A stretch of DNA of 50,891 bases, filler included, from Dirinaria sp. TL-2023a (lineage: Eukaryota): NCBI GenBank assembly GCA_051941275.1. It is 3 parts of 3 records of this genome, joined end to end, with 100 filler letters (N's around TTAATTAATTAA, not from the genome) between each part and the next. Parts side by side here need not be neighbours in the genome. Positions count along the whole stretch, not along the records: positions 1 to 16,903 come from JAVEBF010000465.1; positions 17,004 to 33,898 come from JAVEBF010000466.1; 1 more part is not named here. One strand, written 5' to 3'. Position numbers and translations under genes: made by a program. Every line of letters starts with the position of its first letter. The stretch's first letter is position 1. Positions 11,500 through 23,000 of this stretch are shown in pieces. Below the pieces are notes generated by a model. The model saw nothing but the letters and a program-made list of their open reading frames with translations. It had not been told where the DNA came from and did no database searches.

Positions 11500-13035
11500 A
11501 TGGCTTCCCCCTCTTCTGGTCCGACTCGCAAAGGTACTGGAACTGCCAAGCCACCAAAGGAACGCCTTTGGCCTAAAGTTCGCGTGCAATACGCCCGCTT
11601 GTCATATCGAGACAGTGAAAAGCAAGACTGGAAAATTCTTGAGCGGAGCTACTGGCCAGCAAGAGCGAATCTCGACCTACCTGAGGCGTTCAATGTGGAG
11701 CAGGTAAATTTCACGTCTCAAGGTAAGTTTGCTTGTTTTTTGAGCCATGAGCCAGCTCTGAACGATCATCTCACCTTAATGGCCGGTTCTTCATGAGGTG
11801 TTGCTCCAGTCGAAAATGTATTTTCTGCTGATTAGTATTGCTCTATGATAGGCATTGAAATGAGGCAAGGCGACAAAGAATACAGCCCTCAAGTCACTGA
11901 ACGCAACAGGAAGTTCGTCACAGAGGCGAGCTGTAGCTGGATTCTTCAATTCCAGAAGATGTCGAACATCATACTCAGCGAGTACACGATGGACAATAGG
12001 ACATACGGCGTGATCCGCTTCATATGTGCCGAGCCTCCTGTCAATCGATCTGAGATTGACACTCCTGAAGATATGGAGGAAGCACAGGACGATGAGGTGG
12101 CCGCCGATGTCGACGTCGATCAGATGGAGACTTCGGAAACCAACACGCTTCCAGATCCAAGCTCATTCCCTCTTGCGGCACTGTGCAAGGATGCTAATTC
12201 AGTGGTTGGTAAAGAGTTTCGTCTGGGATTCATGCGCAAGACAGCAAGGCCCAAAGAGAGCTATGCCTTTATATGGCCTGCGGTGGTCCAATACTTAGGA
12301 GGGTTGGGATTCGTGTACAATGCTAAGCAGGAAGGGGAATATAGAAAGCCGTTGGACGCATGGGCAGTGGCGAACAGGGAAAGCCTACAACCATTTAGGC
12401 TCGAGGAGTATCGATCGGAGGATTCGGGGCGCCTCGAATGGCATCTGCGTCCCAAGGAGACTCAGTCAGTATTTGACCTGCTCATTGGAGCCAAAGAAGC
12501 TAGCATTTCACCCAGACAGGCGCCTGTGCCGGCTCCTTGGCCAGTCGCTTCTCTGCCGGCTGTCCCATCGCTCTCTCCTCGGCCGCCTACTTCGTCATTC
12601 GCTCTGCCGCAGGCTGCTTCACCATTTGCTTCTCTGCCGACTGTCCCATCGCTCTCTCCTCGGCCGCCTGTTTCGCCAACCGCCCCGCTGCCGACTCCAT
12701 CATCCGCCGCCCCGCCAACGATCCCCTCAGATACTCCGATGGCGGGTTCTACACCACTCCCAGAACCGTCCACAGAAAAGCGCGGCCGTGAAGAGGAAGG
12801 GGATCGCGTCGCGAATCTGGAAAACGTGGAGGAAACCCTTTATAACGCATGGCAGGATCGCATTGCAGTGATCAATGACATGCGACGAGTGATCGATGAG
12901 ACGCGACGAGTGGCGGACGTGACAAAGGACGCTGAATTAGACGCCAGAGCTGCAGAACAGGAAGCACATCGACGTCATTATGAAGCGTTGAAAGAGCTTC
13001 GCGAGCTCATGAAAGAGGAGAGGCGTAAGAGATAG
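11500..13035 (+). CDS. Orphan gene B: unassigned N-terminal domain, acidic linker, Pro/Ser-rich repeat, C-terminal coiled coil; exons 11500-11722 + 11852-13035 (alternative ATG 11422)
   Basis: Long open frame. The intron GTAAGT..CTGAT..TAG joins the exons in phase (SQ/G/IEMR). No family recognised. Confidence 0.75.
12547..12669 (+). repeat. 42-bp coding direct repeat (12547-12588 / 12628-12669), encoding ASLP[AT]VPSLSPRPP
   Basis: 41/42 identical, 81-bp period. Confidence 0.9.
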
Positions 13036-14196
13036 ATAAGCAGCTATCTACCTATCTAAATACAATTCTCTATTTCCCCCCGACTTCAACCTGTTTCACT
13101 TTCAGGGTCCCTACACTGCTCCCACAACCACGTACTTCTCACTTACTTTATCAATATGTCTCTCTCACGTTTCTTTTTTCTTTCTGTTGGAAATTGAGAT
13201 TTTTGATGACACTGAGGTCATAGAATTGCCAACCTAAACATGCCAAGACGCTAGGTATAAGCGAAATTCCAGCACTTTCTATTATCTTTAACCCTTCAAC
13301 GATTTTGCCTATTTGCATCATGGCGCACTCTGATGGTGAATAAGCTAGTTCCATCGTCACTTCGCTAATAAACCGTTCTTTGACTTGCGATCTCGCATCC
13401 TGCCTGTCAGAGCTAGAAAAAGGGGATATATACGTCATCTATAGCAATTCAAAGTGGTCGAATACCTTATGCATTATTACACGAGTGAGAAAAATGAGGA
13501 ACCTACCTTAGTAGTAGAGACAGTAGGTATGCCAGTAGACTGTGGGGTGGCGCGGAGGCAGTAGCGGGACCCTAGGTATCTTACCTTACCTTTATTGTTG
13601 TACGCCAGTGTAAGTGATATCTGGAGTGGGCCACTACTGCCGCACATGCGCAGCAAATACATATGGCATCGATAATAGCCTCGAGAGAGCACACACAATA
13701 TGAAGTGAAGCATTACAGTATGTACTGACTTCGATGGGTCTGGGCTAGGAAAATCTACAATATGACGCCCCACCCACCCTTGTGTAGCCACGCAAGACTT
13801 TGATAGAATCCTCGCTTTGGATCAACGCCGTTTGTAACTTGCTCTCCTCAAGGTTGTCGACTTTTCTTTTGTGCAATCATTTGGACTTTCAGTTCATGCT
13901 GTTTGCGACGTCAGTCTTGATCGTTGAATCATGAAGGCTCTTTTGCGCTGCTGAACGCCCTGACCTACAAACAGATTTGCTTGTTCCTGCTGTCAGACCC
14001 AAAAATCCATCCAAGCAGGGACAAGGGTATAGGGCATCATCAGGTTGGCCAAGTGCGTTGCGTATTCCAACGGACAATGAAGGATCGACGGTTCTCAGAG
14101 ATTCTCGGGACGACTGCGATGATGCTCAGGGATCTGAACACAAGCGAGAACTATTCGAGCCCTGGAAAACCTTAAGACAAACATGAGGAGGCCTAG

Positions 14197-14291
14197 TCCT
14201 ATAGAGAGTTGAAAGACTGTGAGGAAGTCTAGTCCTAGAGAGTGGCAACTAGAGGCTCGATCCTATAGAGACTTGAACAACTGTGAGGAAG
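14197..14291. repeat. 31-bp direct repeat (14197-14227 / 14261-14291) with a partial copy between
   Basis: TCCTATAGAGA[G/C]TTGAA..ACTGTGAGGAAG, 28/31 identical. Confidence 0.8.
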
Positions 14292-14653
14292 CCCCGCCCT
14301 GAACAACAAATGAGGCACCGTAAGGATGCTTAGTTCTGAAAAGCCTTGAGGCATCTGTGATAGTTCGGAAGCGTGCCACTTATACGACAAGGGGAACACC
14401 CCTAAGACAGCCATGAGGACGTTCAAAGGTTCAATGTAGGTCTAATAAGTAGCCAGTGGTTCACGAAATGTCACATCTAGCATTCGAGAAGGATCACAAG
14501 ATATATTTACATTTGTCACCAACTGAAGCCTCGAATGGCAACAGCAGAGCCATACCAAGAAAGGAACCGGCAGAGCCAGCCTAAGTTCCGAGTAGACGAC
14601 GACGTCAGCGAATACACTATAGACCAACGTAGGTCCCAGAACTTCTCTCCTCT

Positions 14654-14797
14654 TTCTCTTTAGCGGTTATACTACATAGCAAACCGACTTGATCGTGTCC
14701 TAGTGGTATAATTGCTCCCAGGGCGCTGACTCGAGCAGACTCTGACTTTCTCATTCCCCTTCCCCATCCCCAGGGCGCTGACTTGAGCAGACTCTGA
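14654..14797 (+). promoter_or_regulatory. Upstream cassette of gene C: shared 63-bp block plus two motif copies (14717-14745, 14769-14797)
   Basis: CCCAGGGCGCTGACT[C/T]GAGCAGACTCTGA twice; inverted copy of 10831-10976; followed by a CT-rich tract and ATG 14889. Confidence 0.6.
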
Positions 14798-14888
14798 TTT
14801 TCCTTTTCTCCAGTATACTGTACTGCTCTCGATATCGTCCCTTCTCGCTCCTCTCTTGTCCATCATCCCTTCTTCCATCGCAGCCAAC

Positions 14889-16550
14889 ATGCACATGTGG
14901 GAAGAGGCCAAAGAGGAGCGTAGATGGTCACAGCTGGTCCGGCAGCAGCAAGAAGTCGTCAACCGCACCGATGACCCACGAGAGCAAAGGTACTTTCATA
15001 GCCTGGTAAGACAGCTCGAGAATGCCAAGGCCAAGGTCAAAGCTCGAAAAGCCAGACAAGCCAAAGCACGACATCAGCCGCCGCCGCAGCAAAGCTCAGT
15101 CGGTAGGCCAAAACCAGAGCAATCCTCAATATCGGCGCGACCGACAAACAGAGAGGCGAGGGCCATTAAGGCTCGTGAACGAGTCGAGAAATTGCAAGGG
15201 CGGCTCGACGAAGCTCGGGCAGTCACTGCTAGCCGTCAAGAACAAGTTCAAGCTGCCGATTTCTTCAGGCTTGATTTATCAGCCCAGTTCAAGATCCTCG
15301 AGCAGGCAGCAAATGCCGCCAAGAATGTCGCCGACTTGGAGCAAGAACTTGGTCCAGCCAGAGAGCAAGTTGAAAAGACAGAGCGTTATGTTGCATTGGC
15401 TCACCAAAAAGTTCGGCAGCGAGAAGAGGAGAAAGAAGCTGCTGAGGCTGCCGAAGCTGCTGAGCAACAGCGACAAAAGGCTGCCGAGCAAGAAGCAATG
15501 GCACAGATCGAGGCTGATCGAAACACGGCTCTTCAATTAAAGGCCGAGGAAGATGATCTATCGCCCGATGTCGAAGAAGATGTGAACATAAGCCACACAG
15601 ATGCCGAGACTGACCTCAAATCTTGATCAGAAGTTCTCAAGCTCTGTCAAGAGAGTGAGGCGGGCAATGCGGTGGTAGATGATGCCGGTGAATTCACTGC
15701 ACTCCCAGGCACCACGAACCTAGACGACGAAGGAGTCAATCATGCCATAGCTGCTGTGATCGTCGGCATTGCCCAAGAGAATCTTAAGATGGGTATTGCA
15801 TCGGACGAGATGCAAATGCTGAGCCGCTTTCCTCTAGAGTCCCCGATGCCATGTCTCACGTCGCCGAACAACATGGTCATCCCAATCCTGTCGAGTGCAG
15901 CAATCCGCTCATGTGACGAGGAGGCGGTCGACGGCACTCGCAAGGAAGCATCGGAGGTCAACCAGTCATTGGCCACCAACCCAGGCAACAAGGGGGAATG
16001 GGTGGGTGACATCGGACACTGGATCCTGGCTGTCGCCACAAGAGACGACAGCGAAGTTGACCTCCGAATGATGAACAGTCTTCCAGGCGCGGGATCCAAA
16101 TCCGTCTGGCGAGCCATAGCACGCAGCATTGTTCGGAACTGTGGCTGGATGAAGGATACCCGGATCATTTTCCGGGAGGAGGACTAGTCAAGCGTCGCCA
16201 TGCAACAAGCTGGCAACACATGTGGCGTCCATGTGATCCTGAATGCATGGGCAGATATCCTGAAGCTGCAAATCAGCTCCTCAGCTCGTCCTCATGCCAA
16301 GTTCTACGATGAAGCCAAACTCTTGATCAACCGTGCCATGGCTGGCAAGACAACCACGAGGGAGATCCAGGCGTGGCTGTATAGCTCCAAGTACGTTGTT
16401 GGCTCCTACGAGGCTCGCAACGGACAAGTGGCCGCCGATCCAGAACTGGCTGCGATGATGCAGGCCAGGACCGCTCCAATGAACGATCGAAGACTGGGGG
16501 AGTATCTGGACAGCGAAGATGTGGTGCCGAAGAGATCTAGCCGCAGCTAA
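14889..16550 (+). pseudogene. Gene C: coiled-coil + Ulp1/C48-like cysteine protease, interrupted by two in-frame stops
   Basis: ORFs 14856, 15672 and 16200 are one frame broken by TGA 15624-15626 and TAG 16185-16187. The motifs GHWILAV...MMNSL...QQAGNTCGVHV match the HW/DS/Q-x5-CG pattern of clan CE proteases. Confidence 0.7.
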
Positions 16551-16903
16551 TAGGGCCCAAAAACGACCGCTCGGCGGAGGAAACGCGCGAGTGCACTAAG
16601 CTTTCACTGTTTGTTGTTCTTCATTTCGAGGTTTCCGAGCACTAATAGAGCTTGACAGTGTCAAAAATCTACCCTATCCATAACTATAAAAGTTCTCGTC
16701 GCCGAGGGAGAAACCAACGTCATTTTCACAACTTGTTTTCCACTGTCAAGGCCTCGGGGTAACGGCCGTTTGTGTTTGGTTTGTTTTTCAGGTGCAACGT
16801 GTCATTTTATTTTTTGATTTAAATTAGTTTAGTTTTCGTCGCATTCGTCATCGTCAAATTTTCTCACAAGGTGTCTTCACTATCCATATCCACAACCAAA
16901 AAC

Positions 16904-17003
16904 NNNNNNNNNNNNNNNNNNNNNNNNNNNNNNNNNNNNNNNNNNNNTTAATTAATTAANNNNNNNNNNNNNNNNNNNNNNNNNNNNNNNNNNNNNNNNN
17001 NNN
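16904..17003. other. Artificial contig spacer
   Basis: 44 N + TTAATTAATTAA (stops in all six frames) + 44 N. Confidence 0.98.
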
Positions 17004-20000
17004 GGCATGGCTTGTCGTCTTCCAGGTGGCCTAACGACGCCAGCAGACCTCTAGGAGTTCCTTCTCGCAAAGAAAGACGGTCGATGTCGTGTCCCGGAAT
17101 CGCGCTATAACATCTCCTCATATTACTCAGCGACCCCCAGACCAGGAATGCTCTCGACCGAGTACGGATACTTTCTCGACGAGAGCGTCGATCTAGGAGC
17201 GTTAGATACGTCCTTTTTCTCTTTACCGCGAAGCGAGGTGGAACGAGCCGACCCCCAGCAACGACTTATGTTGGAAGTCGCTCAGGAGGCATTTCAGGAT
17301 GCGGGTATCACTAAGTGGAGAGGAAAGACCATCGGTTGCTACATTGGCAACTTTGGAGAAGACTGGCTTGAAATGTTCGGAAAGGAAACCCAGCCATGGG
17401 GTATACATCGTATTGCTGGTACCGGAGATTGGGCAGTCTCGAATCGTCTCTCGTATGAGTTCGACATTAAAGGACCTAGGCATGTGCTCCTTTGGGGAAA
17501 TGTTGAGACATCCTTTGCTGATGTACCTTTAACAGTATGACGATACGCACGGCTTGTTCTTCTGCGCTGGTAGGACTAAACGAGGCTTGCTCCGCTATCA
17601 GCAGAGGCGACTGCGAAGCCGCTCTTGTTGGCGGGGTCAGTCTAATCTTAGCGCCAGGCATGACAGCTGCCATGCAAGAGCAAGGATTTATCTCGAAGGA
17701 CGGCTCGTGCAAGTCCTTCTCAGCAGAGGCCGATGGGTATGCGCGCGGCGAGGCGGTCACAGCGATTTATATTAAGCCGTTGGATGATGCCATAAGAGAT
17801 GGCAACCCGATCCGAGCCGTCGTCAGAGCCACATCGCACAATTCGGACGGAAAGACGTCAGGGCTATCGCAGCCGAGCACAGACGCACACGAAGCTCTAA
17901 TAAGGAGAGCGTACCAGCTGGGTGGTATCACTGACTATTCAAAAACGGCAATGGTTGAGTGCCACGGCACGGGGACGCCGATCGGTGACCCTATTGAGGC
18001 GAAAGCTGTCGCCCGGGTGTTTGGAGAGAAAGGGGTCTATATCGGATCAGTCAAACCCAACCTCGGGCACACGGAGGCTGCATCAGGCCTTGTGTCTCTC
18101 CTGAAGATGGTCATGGCACTCGAAAATCGCATAATCCCGCCTAACATCAAATTCAAAACTCCGAACCCGAACATACCTTTCGAAGCCGCCAAGCTAACGG
18201 TTCCCCTAGAAGCAACCCCTTGGCCTGATGATAGACTTGAACGCGTCAGCCTAAATTCTTTTGGAATCGGTGGCGCAAACGCTCATGTGATTCTGGAAGC
18301 TGACGCCGCCTACGACGTACCAATAGCTAGTTATGCAATTCCAGAGATTCCGCAGCTTCTATTGTTCTCGGCTAATTGCGCAAAGCCACTCACAAGAATG
18401 ATCGACAATTACAAGCCTTGGGTCGAAAAGAATCAAGACAAAATTGGGGATTTGGCGTATACTTTGGCTTGCAGGAGGGAGCATCTGTCTCACCGCGCCT
18501 TTGCTGTAGTCAACAGTGGGGTGATTGAAAGTGTATCACCTCACGCAAATTTAAAAACCGCGAAGAGGCCGAGCATAATCATGGTGTTTACGGGTCAAGG
18601 AGCACAGTGGCCTCAAATGGGCCGGGAATTAATGCACTCTAGCAAAGTATTCAAGTCCAGCATCCAATCCCTTGATCAATACTTGCAGGGCATTGACGGA
18701 GTCAAGCCTCAGTACTCGATTGAAGAGGAGCTAAGGAAGCCAGCCAGGAAGAGCCGACTGTCATCTGCGGAGCTCTCTCAGCCCCTTTGCACTGCTATTC
18801 AGATCGCACTGGTCGACACTCTAAAAGGTCTAGGGGTTGTGCCAAATGCTGTCGTCGGTCATTCTAGTGGCGAGCTCGCTGGCGCGTACGCTTCTGAGGC
18901 ACTCACGGCTAGAGAGACTATCATCGCCGCCCACCATCGAGGAGCTGTAACAACCAAACAGAGGAGGGCAGGATCTATGGCGGCGATCGGGCTGAGTTGG
19001 GAAGAGACCGAGAAGTATCTTGTCCCCAATGCGACGATTGCCTGCGACAACTCGCCCAAGAGCGTCACAATCTTGGGAGACGTCGAAGCAGTCCAAGCTG
19101 TTATTGCTAGGGTTAAAGAAGCACATCCACAGGCGTTGGCAAGGCCACTCCAGGTAGACAAAGCCTACCATTCCTACCACATGGCCGAGATAGGACAGGA
19201 CTATCTTTCCATGATTGGCCAGGAGGTGTTGGGAAGGCAACCGTCGACACTCTTCTTTTCCAGTGTGACTGGTAAACTCCTGGGACCAAAGCGCCGAATT
19301 GATGCAGAATACTGGCAGAACAATCTGGAATCGCCCGTCAGGTTCCGGGAGGCTGTCACAGCAATCTTGGAGCACGATGTCGCTAAGAATGCAGTCTTTC
19401 TTGAAGTCGGCCCCCACGCGGCGCTGGCAGGACCCCTTAGACAGATCCTCGCCCAATCAGCTTCTTCTGCTCCGTATGTCTCAGCTATGACCCGCCAACA
19501 GAATTGCACTACATCTTTCTTAACAGCGATTGGTAATCTTCAGTCGCTCAACGTCGACATTGATCTTAAAGCTCTGTTTCCAACTGGTTCATGCCTTCCA
19601 GATCTACCCAGATACCCATGGAATCATGAAGGCAGCTACTGGTATGAAACTCGTATCAGCAGTGAGTGGCGCCACCGGAAATACCCTTACCATGATCTTC
19701 TCGGTGCTAAAGTCGCTGAGAGCACCGAAATTGAGCCAATGTGGCGCAATCTGTTGCACATTACAAATGTTCCTTGGATTCGCGACCACAGAGTTGGTGA
19801 AAACATCGTTTTCCCTTTCTGTGGGTATGTTGCCCTAGCAGGCGAGGCTGTAAGACAACTCACCAAAATTGAGGATGGATTCAGTATTCGAAACATCATT
19901 GTCAGTACCGCTCTCATTCTGACTGAAGGTAAACCGACAGAAATGATGACCATGTTCCGACCACATCGCCTGACAAATTCTCTTGATAGCGATTGGTGGG

Positions 20001-23000
20001 AGTTCACTGTTTCCGCCTACAGTGGCCGCAACTGGGTAAAGCACTGCACAGGCGAAGTCTCGGCGCTGTCTTCGAAGGCTTCATCGGGCCAAGACCCAAA
20101 CGCTCTTCCTCGAGAGCTCAATGTTAGAAAGTGGTACGAAAATATGGCCAAGGGAGGTCTGGATCTGGGACCAAGTTTTCAAACACTAGACACGATGGCG
20201 ACCTCAAGTGGTTCAGAGAATCGTGCGGTTGGAAACGTTATCAACGGCAGGCAGGGAGATGAAGCTAACTATCACATTCACCCTACCGTGCTTGATGCAA
20301 CTCTTCAGTTGATGGGTGCGGCCGCAGTCAATGGCTATGCCCACAAAACAAGAAATTGGCTTCCAACAAGCATAGAGAGTTTTACTGTCTACAGATGCTC
20401 TTCAAACATGGTCACCAGCGTTTCCGCGAAGCTGTCGAGCAATCTTTCGATCGTTGGCGAAGGCAGTTGCATATCGGAGGGCAAGACAGTGGTTAAAGGC
20501 TCCGGCATAAAGTCTTCACTTGCAGACGGCGCCGGTGTAGTTGACATTCTCGATCCGCATGCATCGGCGCGGTGTGAATGGAGTCCTGACATCAACTTTC
20601 TTGATGTCACAGAGCTCATCCACGCGCCAGTGGGCCGTACTGACTACTTGAGACTCCTAGAAGAGTTAGGAGATATCTGTTTGCTCTTGTCTAAGCGGCG
20701 AATCTCTGTATCCGAGACAAGGTCACATCCACCCCATCTGCAGAAGTACATAATCTGGCTCACTTCTCGAGTGGAATCGGCAGCCGACATCCTGGCGTTG
20801 AATTTGAAGAGCCTCGATAATGAAAGTCTTTTAGCTCGAATCGATGATATAATGACCCGCCTGTCTGAAACTCCGGCGGCTACGGTCGCCAGTGCCATTC
20901 ACCAAGTCTACACGAAAATGGATCTCATCCTGTCAGGCCAGGACTTAGAAGATATTCTCCCAGAAACACATCAAATAAATCTCTATGGATTTATTGGACA
21001 GCTAGATCGGAGCCAATACATTCGCACCCTGAGTCACTCCAAGCCCAACCTGCGAATCCTCGAAATTGGAACTGGAAAGGGCTCGTTACACCGTAAAATT
21101 CTCAATGAATTGAAACGTCCGGATGGGGAGATACTCTGCTCCAAGTACACCTTGACTTCACCAGGTTACATTTTCGCGAAAGATGAAGAACAGTTGTTTC
21201 CCGACATGGAATATCTAAACCTAGAGATAACCCAAGATCCCTTCGAACAGGGATTCGAGGGCCGTCAGTATGATCTTATTGTTGCATGCAACGTCTTCCG
21301 GAAGACAATGAACCTCCAGATGACCCTGGATAACGTAAAGAAGCTTCTGCGTCCCGACGGCCGTTTGCTCTTGCAAGAAATTTGCTCGTCATCCAATTGG
21401 ATCACTTATGTGCTAGGAGTCCTGCCATCTTGGTGATTGGGGACCAGGGACAGCGAAATTGATGGGTTATACATTGGCAAAGAGGAGTGGAAGTCTCAGC
21501 TTGCCGCTGCAGGATTGGGCATTAGCGAGGATGTGGTTCTCGACGCCGAAGAGCCTCATCAACTCACAACAACCTTGGTCGTCAGACAAGCCTCATTTCT
21601 GAAGGCACCCGTGAAGCATATCACCGCTCTTTGCAACGAACAGGGGCCCGTGATTACGCAAGTATTGAGCCAGCTGGAAAGAGTCGGTTACCAGATCACC
21701 GTGTGCAAGTTGGAAGAAGTTCCGCCGGCTGGACAGGACATTATTTCCCTCTTGGATGTAGGGAAACCCTTTTTCGAGAATATGAATATTGAAGAAGCAC
21801 GGTACTCGACTTTTAAGACATTCATTCATTCCCTCCGCGCCCAGGGGATTTTCTGGGTAACTCATCTCACCGAGGTTAGCTGCCGCGATCCCCGATATGC
21901 TCAAGTTCTCGGCTTCTCTAGATGTATCCGCTCTGAGCAGCTAGCCGACTTAGCGACCTGCCAGGTCGATAGTTTCGATGACCCCAAGTCCATCGACAAA
22001 ATTACGCGGGCTCTTTCCAGGTTCCAACTCCGCCAAGGTGATGAAACGCTGAATCCAGACTTTGAATGGGCCATCTTCAACGACCGCATTCAGCTCCCGC
22101 GCTTTCACCCTTTCGTGCTGAGCGATGAGCTCTTGGTGTCAGAGCTGAATGAGAAGGCCACGCTGGATGTTCGCACGCCTGGGAGGGTCAACAGTCTTCA
22201 TTGGGCACGACATTCGCGAGAGAATCTCAAGGCTGACGAAGTTGAGGTTCAGGTACACTCGGCCGGATTGAATTTTAGAGCAAGTCGACTCCAAATCACT
22301 AGTCTCCATTCTCTGCCTGGAATTTCCGCAATTCCCTCTTTCGAGTACTGATATGCCATTTGTAGGACATTTTGGTCGCACTAGGCATAGTTGAGCTTCC
22401 CGTTCGTATGTTCGGGCTTGAAGCAGCTGGTATTGTCTCCCGTGTAGGAACAGATGTAAGCCCAAATGAGCTCAAGGTCGGTGATCGAGTGTTTTGCTTG
22501 TGCAGACACGATGGCCTTTCAACCCATATCATTACTCCAGCAGTTACCTGCGTTCGAATCCCTGACCAACTCAGCTTCGACCATGCGGGAACGATGCTTA
22601 TACCATATGTTACGGTGCTACATTCATTCATGAATGTCGGCCATGTTGCCAAAGGAAATGTAAGTGAGACAATACAACGTTCACCTATCCCGTGTAACCG
22701 TGCTAAAGATTCGCTCTATTTAGTCTATACTAATACATAGCGCATGTGGTGGAGTCGGCCTAGCCGCTATTCAGGTCGCGCAGATGCTGGAGACAGAAGT
22801 TTATGTTACAGTCGGCAGTAAGCAGAAGGTCGATTACTTGACTGATCACTACCACATACCGAGAAATCGAATCTTCAACTCTCGTGACAAATCTTTTGTG
22901 GAGGACGTGAAGCGCGAAACGGGAGGCCGCGGCATGGACTTTATCCTCAATTCTCTCTCTGGTGAACTTTTGCACGCTACGTGGACCTGCGTCGCCGAAT

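Noticed and set aside
13700..13900. Chromodomain-like pattern in a decayed minus-strand frame
   Set aside because: The resemblance depends on repairing several stops and lacks a convincing aromatic cage.
10831..14797. A 4-kb TIR transposon bounded by the inverted cassettes
   Set aside because: No TSD, similarity is weakest at the outer ends, no transposase lies inside, and a third set of motif copies is internal. Kept only as an alternative hypothesis.
15385..15630. Intron removing the first stop in gene C (CTGAC..CAG at 15610-15630)
   Set aside because: No good in-phase donor at normal distance, and the second stop inside the protease domain would remain.
16651..16750. 10-bp inverted repeat CTTGACAGTG/CACTGTCAAG
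   Set aside because: Too short and without a TSD; could be chance or an unresolvable remnant.
16948..16959. TTAATTAATTAA palindrome as a biological site
   Set aside because: Synthetic six-frame stop linker, repeated exactly at 33943-33954.
18830..20898. Antisense ORFs within the PKS (and similar ones inside the NLR, permease and zds1)
   Set aside because: Shadow frames of long coding sequences.
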